DNA of 64,000 nucleotides from Candidatus Spongiisociaceae bacterium. Lineage in GTDB: Bacteria; Actinomycetota; Acidimicrobiia; Spongiisociales; Spongiisociaceae. The DNA is taken from assembly GCA_965262915.1 (NCBI GenBank), contig OZ253564.1, forward strand, positions 4,416,001 to 4,480,000, given 5' to 3'. The translations under genes were made by a program, and so were the position numbers. The notes below the pieces were generated by a model, which saw only the letters and a list, made by a program, of their open reading frames with translations, was not told where the DNA came from and made no database searches. Shown here in pieces: positions 42,740 through 54,554 of this stretch (its first letter is position 1; each line of letters starts with the position of its first letter).

Positions 42740-44523
42740 CCTGGATCCACCGATAGAGTATTTGGGGTTGGGGGTGGATAGACGCGGAAAGTGCCTCTGA
42801 TCTGGGACAATAGCCGTATCTGGAATGGTTATTGGCTCGGAGTCAGGAGGCACTTCCTGTGAGTGGAGTATTGCATAACATCAACCGTCTGGGGGTGGTT
42901 TTCGATGATGAGTCTTTGGTGGCCGACGCGGGGTTGTTAGCGGCCGGAACGTTGATGGACCGTCTCGGGTTGGAAGAGTTGGTGGACGGGACGGTGCGGT
43001 TGGGCGGCCGGGTGGGCGGCGCTCGGCCGGGTCGTAAGGTGTTGACGGTGGTGGCCGCAATGCTGGTGAGCGCTTCCCATATTGATCATGTGGATCGGCT
43101 ACGGGCGGGGTCAACGGGTCGGGTGTTGCCCCATGCGGTGATGGCTCCTTCCACGGTGGGGGTGTTTCTGCGTTCTTTCACCTGGGGTCACACACGCCAG
43201 TCGGGGGAAGGTGTTGACCTTGGCGCTGGGCCGGGCGTGGAGGACGGGTGCGGGTCCCGGGACCGGACCGGTGACGGTTGATCTGGACTCGACGATCTGT
43301 GCGGTGTCGGGCAAAGGGAAGCAGGGCGCCGCTTATGGTTATACCAAAGAGTTGGGTTATCACCCTCTTGTGGCGTTCCGGGCCAGCACGGGGGAGGTGG
43401 TCGGTGCCCGCCTGCGGGAAGGGTCGTCGCAGCGGGGTGTGGTCCATTTCGCGAAAGAAACTATTGGGCGGATAAGACGGGCCGGCGCTTCGGGCCGGGT
43501 GAGTGTGCGAGCCGATTCGGGGTTCTGGTCTTATGCCATGTTGGCTGCCCTAGACGATCTGGGGGTGGGCTGGTCGATCACCTCTCAGGCGAACAACAAG
43601 GTCAGGGCACTGATCGCCGACATCGGCGAAGACGCCTGGACCACTATCGGCTATCCCCCAGGGGGTGAAGCACAAGTGGGGGAAACGGTCATGGAGATGA
43701 CCAACCCCGGGAAGCGGTCGGAGCGACGCCAGGTTCGTTTGGTGATACGCCGCACCCGCCTGCTCGGTTCCCAAGCTCAGCTGTTCCCCGACTGGCGGTA
43801 CCACGCGTTCGTCACCAACCTCAACCTGCCGGCGGTCTCAGCCGACCGACACCACCAACCCCAGGTCGGGGAAGACACCGAACCGCCCAGGGTTGCCGAC
43901 ACCGGCCGCAACCCTGGGCGGGAACCTACCGAGGTATCGGCGGTCGAAGCCGACCGATACCACCGCCGCCACGCCACCTGCGAACTCGCCATCCGCGACC
44001 TGAAACACTCCGCAGGGCTCGCCCATCTCCCCTCCGCCAGCTTCGTCGCTAACGCCGCGTGGCTGATCTGCGCCGCCCTATCCCATAACCTCTACCGCCA
44101 GATCGCTCTCCTCGGACGAACCCAACCCAAGGGACGGCTCGTCTGTGGACGCACCATCCGCACCCGACTGTTCGGAATCCCCGGACGTGTGGTCAACCAC
44201 CGGGGCCGGCACATCCTGCGTCTACCCGCCCCATGGCCCTGGGAGCAGGTCTACCTAACCACCCTCGCTAACCTCCGCCGACTACCCCAGGTCTGCTGAC
44301 CGCACCCAACAGGCCCCCAACAACCAAAACCACCCAGCCAACCCCAGCCACACACGCCCCAATCCTCCGGAACCATCCCCCAAACACCACAAACGCATTC
44401 CACCATCCACCGACACACCCCTAACATCGCCCCAAACACCACACACCAAGCCCACCACCCCCAGCCACCGCCGCCAATCACCCACCGCCACGGTCAACCC
44501 CCCAATCCGTCGGTGGATTCAGG
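42740..44523 (+). mobile_element. IS1380-family element, transposase frameshifted (42832-44299)
   Basis: IRs CCTGGATCCACCGA and TCGGTGGATTCAGG; CTCAG direct repeat on both sides; DLDST, RADSGF and ELAIRDLK motifs. Confidence 0.88.
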
Positions 44524-45102
44524 CTCAGTTCGCAGAGGAACGGGTACCCCGAGTAGTCGGGTTCTACGGTGTCTGGTTTTGTTGCAGGTATGGGGGCATT
44601 ATCTGCCGTCGACCGACAGCCCGGCCGCTAAACAGCCTGCAAAACGTGGGTGCTCCCGACGGCTGGGAATGCACGAGGCGGGCGAACGCGGGGCCAGTCG
44701 TCCTCGTCCCGCATCCCGTGGACGCCGCCAACTGCAACAGCCCGGATGGTGCCCCAACCGACAGGGGTGCAGGGACCGTCCTACAATGCCCATTAGGGTC
44801 AGGCTGTGTCGGCGGGTTTCCGCCGGAAACCGGGTTAGCAACCTGGCGGTCTGAGTGGCCGAGGCTAGGGGGCGGGCGATTATCGAGGCGACCCGACGGG
44901 CGTCGTGACGGAGGAGTGCATCCATTAGGCAGCCACCGAGCGTTCAGTCGCCGCCACCGAGGAGCATGTAGAGGCTGTCTCGGAGGATCGGGACCACCAG
45001 CGGGAACAGCACCAGGGAGGCGCCGACCGTGGTGGCCGTGTCCCATCTAGGTCGTCGCCTGGGTGGGCGTGCGGGTAGGGCTGTTGACGTTTCGTTGCAA
45101 CT

Positions 45103-45131
45103 CACTCATAGTGGAGGGCGCCCCGTTTCTT
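45103..45131 (+). mobile_element. IS110 left-end remnant
   Basis: CACTCATAGTGGAGGGCGCCCCGTTTCTT is near-identical to 46317-46345. Confidence 0.55.
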
Positions 45132-45226
45132 AGGTGGCCCCTGTCACCGTGATGGCGTGGGGTGTGGTGCCTCCCGACATGGTTGGGTGCCTGCGACCTC
45201 TGGCAGGGACATGCACCGAAGTTCGG

Positions 45227-45276
45227 TGAACGCCCCGTTTTCCCCGGAGACTCTCCGGTAATCCCGGTGCGGTTCA
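45227..45276. mobile_element. 50-bp IS3 mini-element (two IRs fused)
   Basis: TGAACGCCCCGTTTTCCCCGGAGA-C-TCTCCGGTAATCCCGGTGCGGTTCA. Confidence 0.7.
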
Positions 45277-45363
45277 GTCCACAAAAGTGGGGTAACTTCA
45301 CTCCCGTTCACTGACACGGTGGGTGACTTGTGGCTACGGTTGGACCGATGCCGAGTTGGCACG

Positions 45364-45966
45364 CTATAGGTCGAGGTCATCCGCTGACGCAACACCGCAC
45401 CGGTCCAGCACGGCAACCAGAACGCTTCGGTCCGTACCCAGGTCGAACATCACACGATGGAAATAGACGGGCGGTGGATGCTCCCACTCGTCTTCCCCAA
45501 CCCAGCGCTCGCCTTTATTCGAGTACTCCCGCAAGGCACCCTCATACGGCGCCTTGTAGGCATCCATCTCGTACACCAGCAACTCAGAGCCGGCCAAGGC
45601 CTCATATACTTCAGTGGTCACAACCAGTGATCTGTCGCCGTACGGGCCTGCTTCGCCGTCCGTAAAGAACGCCCACCGCTGTGAATATGAGTATCCCAGG
45701 TTTTCGGACGGGAACGGGTCGTAGTGGACCTGGGCCTCAGTCGGGTAACGGCCATCGGTCTCACATCCGGCAGATAGCCCCGCGTTGCCTTCCGAAGAGA
45801 GAAGCCTTGCCTCCCACCGTTCGTCGTCTGAGTGATCCACCCAGCCCTGCGGTGGCTCTTCGACGACGACTGACGTGGCAACCGACGTTTCGACCGGGCC
45901 TGACACCACATCACACCCAGCCAGCAACAGCAGCGGAAGCGTTATCCGTACCGCAGCACTGCGCAT
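45364..45966 (-). CDS. Lipoprotein
   Basis: Lipobox LLLLAGC; RBS GGGAGAG. Confidence 0.7.
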   Translation of the reverse strand: MRSAAVRITLPLLLLAGCDVVSGPVETSVATSVVVEEPPQGWVDHSDDERWEARLLSSEGNAGLSAGCETDGRYPTEAQVHYDPFPSENLGYSYSQRWAFFTDGEAGPYGDRSLVVTTEVYEALAGSELLVYEMDAYKAPYEGALREYSNKGERWVGEDEWEHPPPVYFHRVMFDLGTDRSVLVAVLDRCGVASADDLDL

Positions 45967-46324
45967 TTGGTCTCTCCCTTCGTGGTTCTCATAACGGTCG
46001 GGGTCACCCTTCGCAGTAGCCTCCCCGCCGGTCCGATGACTTCCTCCCAACGGAGAAGGTCCGTATCTGCCCGTCCTCCTGGCGGACCCGCACCTGCCCG
46101 CTCACTCTCGATTCCCACACCGAGTAGCCATCACTCGAACAGTACTCGTCCACAGGGGCGTAGACAGTCCGATAGCTGCTCCAGTCTTTTGCGTTCCTGT
46201 CCCACATTACCCAGAAGACGAGACCGTCACGTGCCCACAGTTGGCCTGGGCAACCTTTGAACCGTACCGGGTTTGTTGACGATCAGCGAAATTACCCAGT
46301 CTCGATCACCGAAAATCACTCATA

Positions 46325-46580
46325 GTGGATGGTGCCCCGTTTCTTTGGGGGTCACTGCGATGATGCGGGTGGCCCCCCGGGACCGGGGGGCGGGTCTGAC
46401 CCAACTGAAATTTGGCGTGTGGATTGCCTTTGTGGGGATCTGTCGGCCTGTTCCCCCGGTCCCGGGGGCGGGGTTGTGGCTCGAAGCGGATGTGACCTTG
46501 TAGGAGCTTTAGCTTGCCAGCACCGTGAGTGTATTGTCCGCCGTTTTTGGCCGGAGCCCCTTCTAGCAAGACGGTAGTCC
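46325..46580 (+). ncRNA. Putative bridge RNA directed at the IS21 IR
   Basis: GTGGGGAT (46432-46439) is complementary to the right flank ATCCCCAC; GTAGGAGC (46500-46507) matches this element's variant right end. Confidence 0.72.
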
Positions 46581-48054
46581 ACGGGGAGGTGGGTCGTGTC
46601 AGAGGATGGGGTTGGTGTTTTCGGGCTCTTCGGAAATGAGGGGGGAGTAGGGGGTCGGCTAGGTGGTGCCGTAATCCACCAGAAGTGATGGGGGGTCCTC
46701 CATAATCGGATGGTTGGTAACAGACATCCGAGGCAGGAGGACCCCTGTGGAAGCTGATCCTACGCGCATGTGCGAGAAGTTGGTAGGCCTGGGCGACGTT
46801 GATCTGGTAGGGATCAACGACTCGGGCGAGGGTGCACCGCTTGGGGTGGTGATCGGGTCCCGCAAGCCCCGCCCGTTGTGTGAGTCCTGTGGCGGCCCGG
46901 TGTGGTCCAAGGGTCACAGAACGGTTGTGTTGGTGGATTTACCGGCGTTCGGCCGTCCGGTTCGGCTGCGGTGGAGGAAACGCCGCTGGACGTGCCCGAA
47001 CCCCGACTGTGAGATCAGATCGTTCATCGAACAAGACCCCAAGATTGGTCCCCAACGGGCGTTGTTGACATCGAGAGCGGCTCGGTGGGTGACCGTCCAG
47101 GTGGGTGGGCGGGGCCGCCCGGTCGACGAGGTCGCCTCGGAGTTGGGTTGTGATTGGCATACGGTGAACAACGAGGTCGTCCGCTGGGGCGAAGCACTCC
47201 TGGGGGCCGACACCGATCGGATAGGCGAGGTCGGAGCTGTGGGCATCGACAAGAAGCGTTGTTCTGGCGGAAAGGCCGGTGGCGCACCAAGGTTTGGTGC
47301 ACTTCTGTCGTCGATGTGGGAGGCCGCCAGTTGATCGACATAGTCGGTGGTAGAACGGCAGAAAGCGCCGCAGCCTGGTTCCGATCCCAGCCCCCCGAGT
47401 GGCTCGACGGGATCCGCTGGGCGGTGCTGGACATGTCAGGGCCTTATCGGAAGGCGTACGACCGGGTGCTACCGCACGCGCTGCAGGTAGCGGACCCCTT
47501 CCACGTCATCCGCCTCGCCAACCAGCGACTCGACGAAGTACGACGAAGAGTCCAAAACGAAACCCTCGGGCATCGAGGACGCAAGGATGACCCGCTGTAT
47601 CGGATACGGCGGCTCCTCACCGCCGCCCATGAGAGGATCAGCGACCGCGGTCAAACACGGCTGCGTGGTCTCCTCGACGCTGGTGACCCCCATAGCGAAG
47701 TCCGCACCGCCTGGCACGCGAAAGAGACGGTCCGAGGCATCTACGGGGTCGACAGTCCCGCCCTCGCTCTCCGATACACCGTCGGGCTCGCGGACGACCT
47801 CCAGGACGAATCCTGCCCACCCGAGATCAACAAGTTGGGTCGCACCATCGCCCGCTGGACCCCCCAGATCACCAACTGGCACATCTCGAAGGTAACCAAC
47901 AGATGCCACCGAAGCCCTCAACAACCTCATCAAACGCATCAAACGAGCAGCGTTCGGGTTACCCAACTTCGCGAACTACCGAATCCGCGCCCTTCTCTAC
48001 GCGGGGAAACCCAACTGGGACCTACTCCCATCGGTCACTCCCCACTGAAATCCA

Positions 48055-48275
48055 CTCATACTTAGAAGGTTCCTGGGCTGGGACGGGTCTGACCCAACTG
48101 AAATCTGGCTTTGTGCCTTTTCATCGATCTGTCGGCCTGTTCCCAGCTTGGGGGTGTAACCCCCTGACCCGGGGCGGATGTGACCTTATAGGAGCTTTGA
48201 TCTTCCACCACCGTGAGTGGTCTGTCCACCGCCTTCCGGGTCCGAGGATTAGGAAGTGATTCTATCCAGCAGAGG
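48055..48275 (+). ncRNA. Putative bridge RNA
   Basis: Same four guide segments as 40815-41030. Confidence 0.7.
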
Positions 48276-48286
48276 AGGAAGGTGTC

Positions 48287-49603
48287 ATGGGAGAAGATGG
48301 TCGGGTTGTGTTCGGTGGGGTTGATACCCATCGTGATACCCATGTGGCGGCGGTGGTTGATGGCGCCGGTCGGGTCCTGGGAACGGCACCGTTCGGAGCT
48401 GATCCGGTCGGCTATGAGCAACTGGAAGACTGGTTGCGGTTACAGGGTCGCGTTAGCCGGGTAGGAGTGGAGGGCACCGGCAGCTACGGCGCCGGCCTCG
48501 CCCGCTATCTGATGGCGGCGGGCATCGAGGTGGTAGAAGTGAACCGGCCGAACCGGCAGCTACGCCGCCAGCGGGGCGGCAAGACCGACAGTGTCGACGC
48601 CGAGGCGGCAGCTCGGGCAGCGGCCTCGGGGCAAGCTACCGCAGTTCCCAAATCTGGTGACGGACCGGTTGAGTGCATACGGATGCTGTTGGTGGCCCGC
48701 CGCTCGGCTACCAAGGCCCGCACCCAGGCCGCTAACCAGATACATTCTGTGACCGTTACTGCACCTGAGCCGCTAAAACGCCAGCTCAGAGGTCTCAAGC
48801 TCAAGGCTCGGGTTCGGGTCTGTGCCCGCTGGCGTCCCGGCCAAGCACAGACCACTGCGGCGTACGCGAAGATGGCTCTACGCTACCTGGCCCGCCGATA
48901 CCAATCCCTCGACGCAGAGATCCGCGAACTCGACGTCGAGATCCGTCGCCTCTGCGCCGAGGCTAACCCGGCTCCCTTAGCCGCCACCGGTGTGGGCCCT
49001 GACAGCGCTGCTGCGCTGCTAGTCGCTGCCGGCGACAACCCCGGACGGATGAAATCGGAACGGTCCTTCGCTGCGCTATGCGGCGCCAGCCCCGTCCAGG
49101 CATCATCGGGACAGACCATCCGGCATCGTCTCAACCGGGGCGGCAACCGCCAAGCCAACAACGCACTCTGGCGGATCGCTACCACCCGGATACGCCACGA
49201 CGCAGCCACCAACCAATACGTGGCACGGCGCCAGGGGGAAGGAAAGAACCGAAAAGAGATCATCCGCTGCCTCAAGCGGCACATCGCCCGAGAGGTCTAC
49301 CGACTGCTGACCAACCCGCCACCAACCCCGAACTGCGCCCGGCTCCGCCGCCGACGTCAACACGCCAACATCACCGTCACCCAGGCCGCCCAGCTGACCA
49401 ACCCGCCACCAACCCCGAACTGCGCCCGGCTCCGCCGCCGACGTCAACACGCCAACATCACCGTCACCCAGGCCGCCCAACAGCTCGGAACCCACCCCAG
49501 CCGCATCTCAGCACTCGAACACGGCCGAGACCACAACCACCAACTCGCCAGCCGATACCAGACCTGGCTCCTAACCCACCAACCGGCCCCATCACCGACT
49601 TGA
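48287..49603 (+). CDS. IS110 recombinase with HTH tail and an 87-bp in-frame duplication
   Basis: IS110 motifs; LTNPPPTPNCARLRRRRQHANITVTQAAQ occurs twice. Confidence 0.9.
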   Translation: MGEDGRVVFGGVDTHRDTHVAAVVDGAGRVLGTAPFGADPVGYEQLEDWLRLQGRVSRVGVEGTGSYGAGLARYLMAAGIEVVEVNRPNRQLRRQRGGKTDSVDAEAAARAAASGQATAVPKSGDGPVECIRMLLVARRSATKARTQAANQIHSVTVTAPEPLKRQLRGLKLKARVRVCARWRPGQAQTTAAYAKMALRYLARRYQSLDAEIRELDVEIRRLCAEANPAPLAATGVGPDSAAALLVAAGDNPGRMKSERSFAALCGASPVQASSGQTIRHRLNRGGNRQANNALWRIATTRIRHDAATNQYVARRQGEGKNRKEIIRCLKRHIAREVYRLLTNPPPTPNCARLRRRRQHANITVTQAAQLTNPPPTPNCARLRRRRQHANITVTQAAQQLGTHPSRISALEHGRDHNHQLASRYQTWLLTHQPAPSPT

Positions 49604-49627
49604 CAACCATAGGAGCATCGATGAGCC

Positions 49628-50837
49628 TGTTTTCGGTGGGGTTGATACCCATCGGGATGCCCATGTGGGGGCGGTGGTGGATAGCGCTGGTCGCCTGTTG
49701 GGTTCGGAGTCGTTCGCAGCGGAGAGAGCCGGGTATCGCCAGATGGTCGCCTGGTTCGGATCGCAGGGATGCCTGGTTCGGGTCGGGGTGGAAGGGACAG
49801 GCAGCTACGGCGCTGGGCTGGCTCGTTATCTGACCGCAGCCGACATCGATGTGGTGGAGGTGAACCGCCCCAACCGCCAACTACGCCGCCAAAAGGGCGG
49901 GAAGTCTGACAGCGTCGACGCCGAGGGAGCAGCTCGGGCGGCTGCTAGCGGGGAGGCGGCGGCGGTTCCTAAATCCGGTGATGGGCCGGTTGAGTGCCTC
50001 CGGATGCTGTTGGTGGCCCGCCGCTCCGCGACCAAGGCCCGCACCCAGGCCGCTAACCAGATCCATTCTGTGATCGTTGGTGCCCCAGAGCCGGTAAAAC
50101 ACCAGCTCAAGGGTATGAACCTCAGAGCACGGGTCCGGGTCTGTGCCCGCTGGCGTCCCGGTGAAGCACAGACCACAGCCGCGTACGCGAAGAAGGTTCT
50201 ACGCCACCTGGCCCGCCGATACCAAACCCTCGACGCAGAGATCACCGAACTTGAGGGAGACATCCGTCGTCTCTGCGCTAGGGCGAACCCGGCGTTGTTG
50301 GCCGCCAACGGTGTGGGCCCTGACACAGCCTCGGTGCTGCTGGTCGCAGCCGGCGACAACCCCGGGCGAATGAAATCGGAACGGTCCTTCGCGGCGCTGT
50401 GCGGCACCAGTCCTGTTCAGGCATCATCGGGACAGACCATACGGCATCGTCTCAACCGGGGCGGTAACCGCCAAGCCAACAGCGCGCTGTGGCGGATCGC
50501 TACCACCCGGATGCGCACCGACGCTGCCACCAAAGAATATGTGACCAGACGCCAGGGGGAAGGAAAGAACCGAAAAGAGATCATCCGCTGCCTCAAGCGG
50601 CACATCGCCCGAGAGATCTACCGACTACTCACCAACCCGCCCCCAACCCCGAACTGCGCCCGCCTACGCGACCAGCGTCAACATGCCGGTATCACCGTGA
50701 CCCAGGCCGCCCAAGCCCTCGGAACCCACACAGCCCGCATCTCAGAACTCGAACTCGGACGGAACCACAACCACCAGCTAGCGACCCGATACCAGAGGTG
50801 GCTCCGCACCCACGAGGCGGCCCCATCACCGATTTGA
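49628..50837 (+). pseudogene. IS110 recombinase separated from its start by ISL3
   Basis: FGGVDTHRD begins at the TSD. Confidence 0.88.
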
Positions 50838-50949
50838 CAACCGTAGGAGCATCCCCACCCTGTGACAGCAAATACCAGACGTTGAGTGGGGTCCTCTCCA
50901 AGCTGCTGACTGAGAGATCTGGCAGCGAGGAGAGGGAGCCCTGCCGCTG

Positions 50950-52254
50950 ATGTTGGCACAGGAGGAATCCGTGGAAGTACACGCGTTGAGGAAGCGAGGC
51001 TGGTCGATGTGGGCCATTGCCCGCCATGTGGGAAGAGACCGCAAAACAGTACGAGCTCACCTTTCTGGTGAGCGTATCCCCGGGCAGCGGAGGTCGGCGG
51101 AGCCGGATCCGTTCGATGTGGTCGAGGCTTATGTTGGGCAGCGGCTGGCCGAGGATCCCCATCTTTGGGCGACGGCACTGTTCGACGAAGCCAAGGGTCT
51201 GGGGTATGGGCAGAGCTATGTGACGTTTGCCCGTAAGATCCGAGTCCGGCGGCTGCGTCCGTCGTGTGCGGCGTGTGGGGGAACCCGAGGACAGCCGACC
51301 GTGGTGATCGATCATCCGGCGGGCGAAGAATGCCAGTGGGACTGGTTGGAGTTGCGGGACACCCCGTGGGGGTCGAAGGTTTTCGTGTTGGTGGGTGTGC
51401 TGTCACATTCGGGCAGGTTCCGGGCGTGGGTGAGCTCGAGCCAGGACCAGGCGCATCTGGTGGAGGGCATCGACGGGGTGCTGCGCCGCTTCGGGGGGAC
51501 TGCCCGGCGGTGGCGGGTGGATCGTATGGCGACGGTGGTGGTGCCGGGCACCGACCGGATACAGGCGTCGTTCGTGGGAGTGGCGAAGCATTACGGTGTC
51601 GGGGTTGATCCGTGTCCGCCGAGACGGCCGAACCGCAAAGGCGTGGTCGAGAAAGCGATCCATTACATAGCTCAGCGGTGGTGGCGCACCGCTGCGGTGG
51701 GAACACTGTCCGAGGCGCAGGACAGCCTCGACCACTTCTCCCAGACGGTTGGGGATGCCCGTCGGCGGGCTGGGGACACGGTTGGGGAACTCGCCGACGC
51801 AGAACCGTTACTTCCGCTTCCTGCGATGCCGTATCCCGCGGAGGGAGTCCTGGTCCGCAAAGTGGCTGCCAACGGGCTGGTGTCGGTGTGGGGCAACCAG
51901 TATTCGGTGCCACCAGGGGTTATAAGAACCGAAGTTAGCGTTCGTTGGCGGCTGGGTGACCCCAGCTTCGATGTAATCTCGGCTTCTGGGCGGCTGGTCG
52001 CCACCCACCGCAAGGTCCCCCGAGGCCAAGGCAGGGTGGTTCGCCTTCCCGAACATACCGCAGCCCTGGAGAAGGTCGTGCTCGGGGCGTTCACCACAGC
52101 CCGGCCCCCCAAACCCAAACCCAACCGGCCACCATCGGCAGCGGCTCGGGCGATCGCCGCCGACATTGGGGGCGGAGTGGAACACGACGAGCCGGTGATC
52201 GACCTCGCCGTCTACCAACGTCACATCGACCAACAGAACCGGGGCCGGCGATGA
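50950..52254 (+). CDS. istA: IS21 transposase
   Basis: HTH, GEECQWDW, VDRMAT and KGVVE motifs. Confidence 0.9.
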   Translation: MLAQEESVEVHALRKRGWSMWAIARHVGRDRKTVRAHLSGERIPGQRRSAEPDPFDVVEAYVGQRLAEDPHLWATALFDEAKGLGYGQSYVTFARKIRVRRLRPSCAACGGTRGQPTVVIDHPAGEECQWDWLELRDTPWGSKVFVLVGVLSHSGRFRAWVSSSQDQAHLVEGIDGVLRRFGGTARRWRVDRMATVVVPGTDRIQASFVGVAKHYGVGVDPCPPRRPNRKGVVEKAIHYIAQRWWRTAAVGTLSEAQDSLDHFSQTVGDARRRAGDTVGELADAEPLLPLPAMPYPAEGVLVRKVAANGLVSVWGNQYSVPPGVIRTEVSVRWRLGDPSFDVISASGRLVATHRKVPRGQGRVVRLPEHTAALEKVVLGAFTTARPPKPKPNRPPSAAARAIAADIGGGVEHDEPVIDLAVYQRHIDQQNRGRR

Positions 52255-53034
52255 GCCGAGACACCATCTACCAACAGCTCCGTGGCCATCTCGCCTACCT
52301 CAAGCTGGCGGCAGCTGCCGAGGCGCTACCAGCCCACCTCGAAGCAGCCCGCCAGAGCCAGCTTGGCCACACCCAGTTCCTCGAGGAACTGCTTCGCGTC
52401 GAGGTCGAAGCCACCGAAACCCGCCGCTGGAACAGCCGGATGCGGTTCGCTAACTTCCCCACGGCCTGGCAACTCGACGACTTCGACTTCTCAGCCCAGC
52501 CCTCCATCGATGAGAAACTCGTGCGGGAACTCGCAGCAGGCGCCTACCTCGCCGACGCGACCAACGTGCTGTTCATCGGCCCGCCCGGAGTCGGCAAGAC
52601 CATGCTCGCGGTCATCTTGGGCCGCGCCGCGGTCGATGGTGGGCACAGGGTTTACTACACCACCGCCGCTGACCTAGCCGCCCGTTGCCCCAACAGCCGC
52701 CCTCGAAGGCCGCTGGGCCGCAACCATGCGGTTCTTCTCCGGCCCGGCAGTTCTCATAGTCGACGAACTGGGATATCTGCCCATGCCCGCCCAAGACGCC
52801 GCCTCCCTGTTCCAGGTCATCTCCCGCCGCTACCAGAAAGGATCGGTCATCCTGACCACCAACCGCAACGTCGCGTCGTGGGGAGACATCTTCTCCGACT
52901 CCACAATCGCTGCTGCCATGCTGGACCGGCTCCTGCACCGAAGTGTCGTGTTCACCATCTCAGGTGACAGCTACCGGCTACGCGCCTACCAAGCCCAAGC
53001 CCGCAAACACCGACCGAAAGGAGACAGAAACTAG
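52251..53034 (+). pseudogene. istB: IS21 helper ATPase, frameshifted
   Basis: GPPGVGKT in one frame; IVDELGY, LTTN and AMLDRLLH in another. Confidence 0.88.
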
Positions 53035-53102
53035 ACTCAGCAACACACCCAGGGTGGGGATTTTCACTGATCGACTCTGGGTAGTTTCAACGATCGCCAA
53101 CA

Positions 53103-53470
53103 TAGGCGACCCCGGCCAGTCCCGGCTAAGGACGATGACGTGGCAGGGCTCGGCCGTGTGAGCGTCCGGATCGAGGTCCCACAGTTGGCGCAGCGCCGTG
53201 TGGTCGGGGTCGGACCAGTACCGGCTGACGATGGCCGCTTTGTATCCCTCGGCTCGTATCTCGCTCACACGGGCTTCGAGTTCGTCCCTCGACTCGGCCT
53301 CTTTGAGCACCGTCTCGGTGGCGTGGACCGGCTTGGTGGCCAAGCTGGTCAGCTTGTGGGGTCCGACGTTGCGGTCGGCCAGGCGGCTGATCTGGTAGGC
53401 GTGGTCGACGGTGATGTCGCCTGCCCGTACCTTCTCCTGCACTTCGGCGGGTAAGGCCAGCTTGATGGCA
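53103..53470 (-). pseudogene. ParB-like internal fragment
   Basis: KLALPAEVQEKVRAGDITVDHAYQI; cut by IS21. Confidence 0.45.
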
Positions 53471-53711
53471 AGCACTTCGAAACAGCCGTGGATGTCACCT
53501 ACTAGCGCGAGCCTGGTTCCCATGACCCTCCCAGCCCAGGAGTACATCGCCACATACCTACCCCCAGCCATCCCGACAGCGACTCTGGTCTGGGTCGGGA
53601 GCCGTCAACCGCAAGCAACTCCGAACGAGCGTGGAGGTCTGCCGCTAGGACCCTGTGACAGCCCTGCGCCGAACATCCGCGTCGGAACCCGACACGCCAC
53701 TGCGAATGCGG

Positions 53712-54296
53712 CTAGTCACCCGCCCCCTCTGCGGGTTTCTGACCCGTGTTGTCGACTCGTGTGTTGTATAGCTCTCGGGCTGCGGCCAACTCGGCACCCA
53801 CGCGGGCCAGCACATCCCGTTTGTGCTCCAACAGGTCAGCCTCGTAATAGACACCGTGAATGTGACATGCAGGGGCGGCTCTAGCCTTGAGGATACGATC
53901 CAAGACGGTGTTGGACAGCCTCCGTCCCATGTAGCTGATCTCGGTCGGTGCCACAATGCCCTCCACCCACCCCGGCGTTGGATGGTCCCACCGTTCGCAC
54001 AGGCCCCTAACTACCGCAGCGACGGTGGCCACGTCGTAAGGGTCGCCAGCAGCAACGTCGGGTCCGGTGTCTACCATCCAGGCCCGCTCGGCGGGGTTGT
54101 TCCGCCACTCGACACAGAAACCCTTGATGACAGTATGAACCGCCGCTGTCACCGTTCCGGCCGCTTCCAGCTCACGGTAGGCGGCGAGCACCGCCGGCAG
54201 CTCCGGAACCCGGCGCGGCTTCCACCCGAGGCGGGAATCAACATTCCGCGATGTGACGATCCCCTGGTCACGTTCGCGGCTGGTGCTAGATGACAT
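53712..54296 (-). CDS. Hypothetical protein, putative nucleotidyltransferase partner family
   Basis: Shares W...P...VA.VV..L..R....PG...HGV pattern with the gene at 60630-61050. Confidence 0.6.
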   Translation of the reverse strand: MSSSTSRERDQGIVTSRNVDSRLGWKPRRVPELPAVLAAYRELEAAGTVTAAVHTVIKGFCVEWRNNPAERAWMVDTGPDVAAGDPYDVATVAAVVRGLCERWDHPTPGWVEGIVAPTEISYMGRRLSNTVLDRILKARAAPACHIHGVYYEADLLEHKRDVLARVGAELAAARELYNTRVDNTGQKPAEGAGD

Positions 54297-54554
54297 GGTG
54301 GTGCTCCTACAGGGGGCCCGCAGTATGGGAGGTTGCTGGTCCTGGTGTCAACAATGATCCCTCCACAGCTGCCGCTGGCCGTCGGAGACCACGCACAGAC
54401 TCGATGACGATACAGAACGTCGCGGCAGCCCCCGCCGGCAACGGTCAGACAAGAGGCGCAACACCGCCCGCGGGGACCCAGCCGACAATGCCCATTGGAA
54501 ACAGCAGAGGACGCCCCTGGCACCGGCCGGAGGTAACATTGGCATCGGCCGGAC

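Larger units (their letters stand above)
46624..49627 (+). mobile_element. ISL3 element (frameshifted transposase) with an IS110 (48050-49618) in its right IR
   Basis: 8-bp TSD TGTTTTCG at 46616-46623 and 49628-49635. Confidence 0.92.
46315..50852 (+). mobile_element. IS110 (HTH-tail group) interrupted by ISL3
   Basis: Gene start GTG at 46596 rejoins 49636 to read MSEDGVGVFGGVDTH; right end TTGACAACCGTAGGAGCAT. Confidence 0.85.
46274..53102 (+). mobile_element. IS21-family element whose left IR carries a nested IS110/ISL3/IS110 stack
   Basis: Rejoined IRL TGTTGACGATC...GAAAAT|CCCCACCCTG matches the IRR ending at 53102. Confidence 0.85.

Noticed and set aside
50678-51913. 411-aa antisense ORF and many similar Pro/Arg-rich ORFs
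   Set aside because: Shadow frames of real genes in GC-rich DNA.
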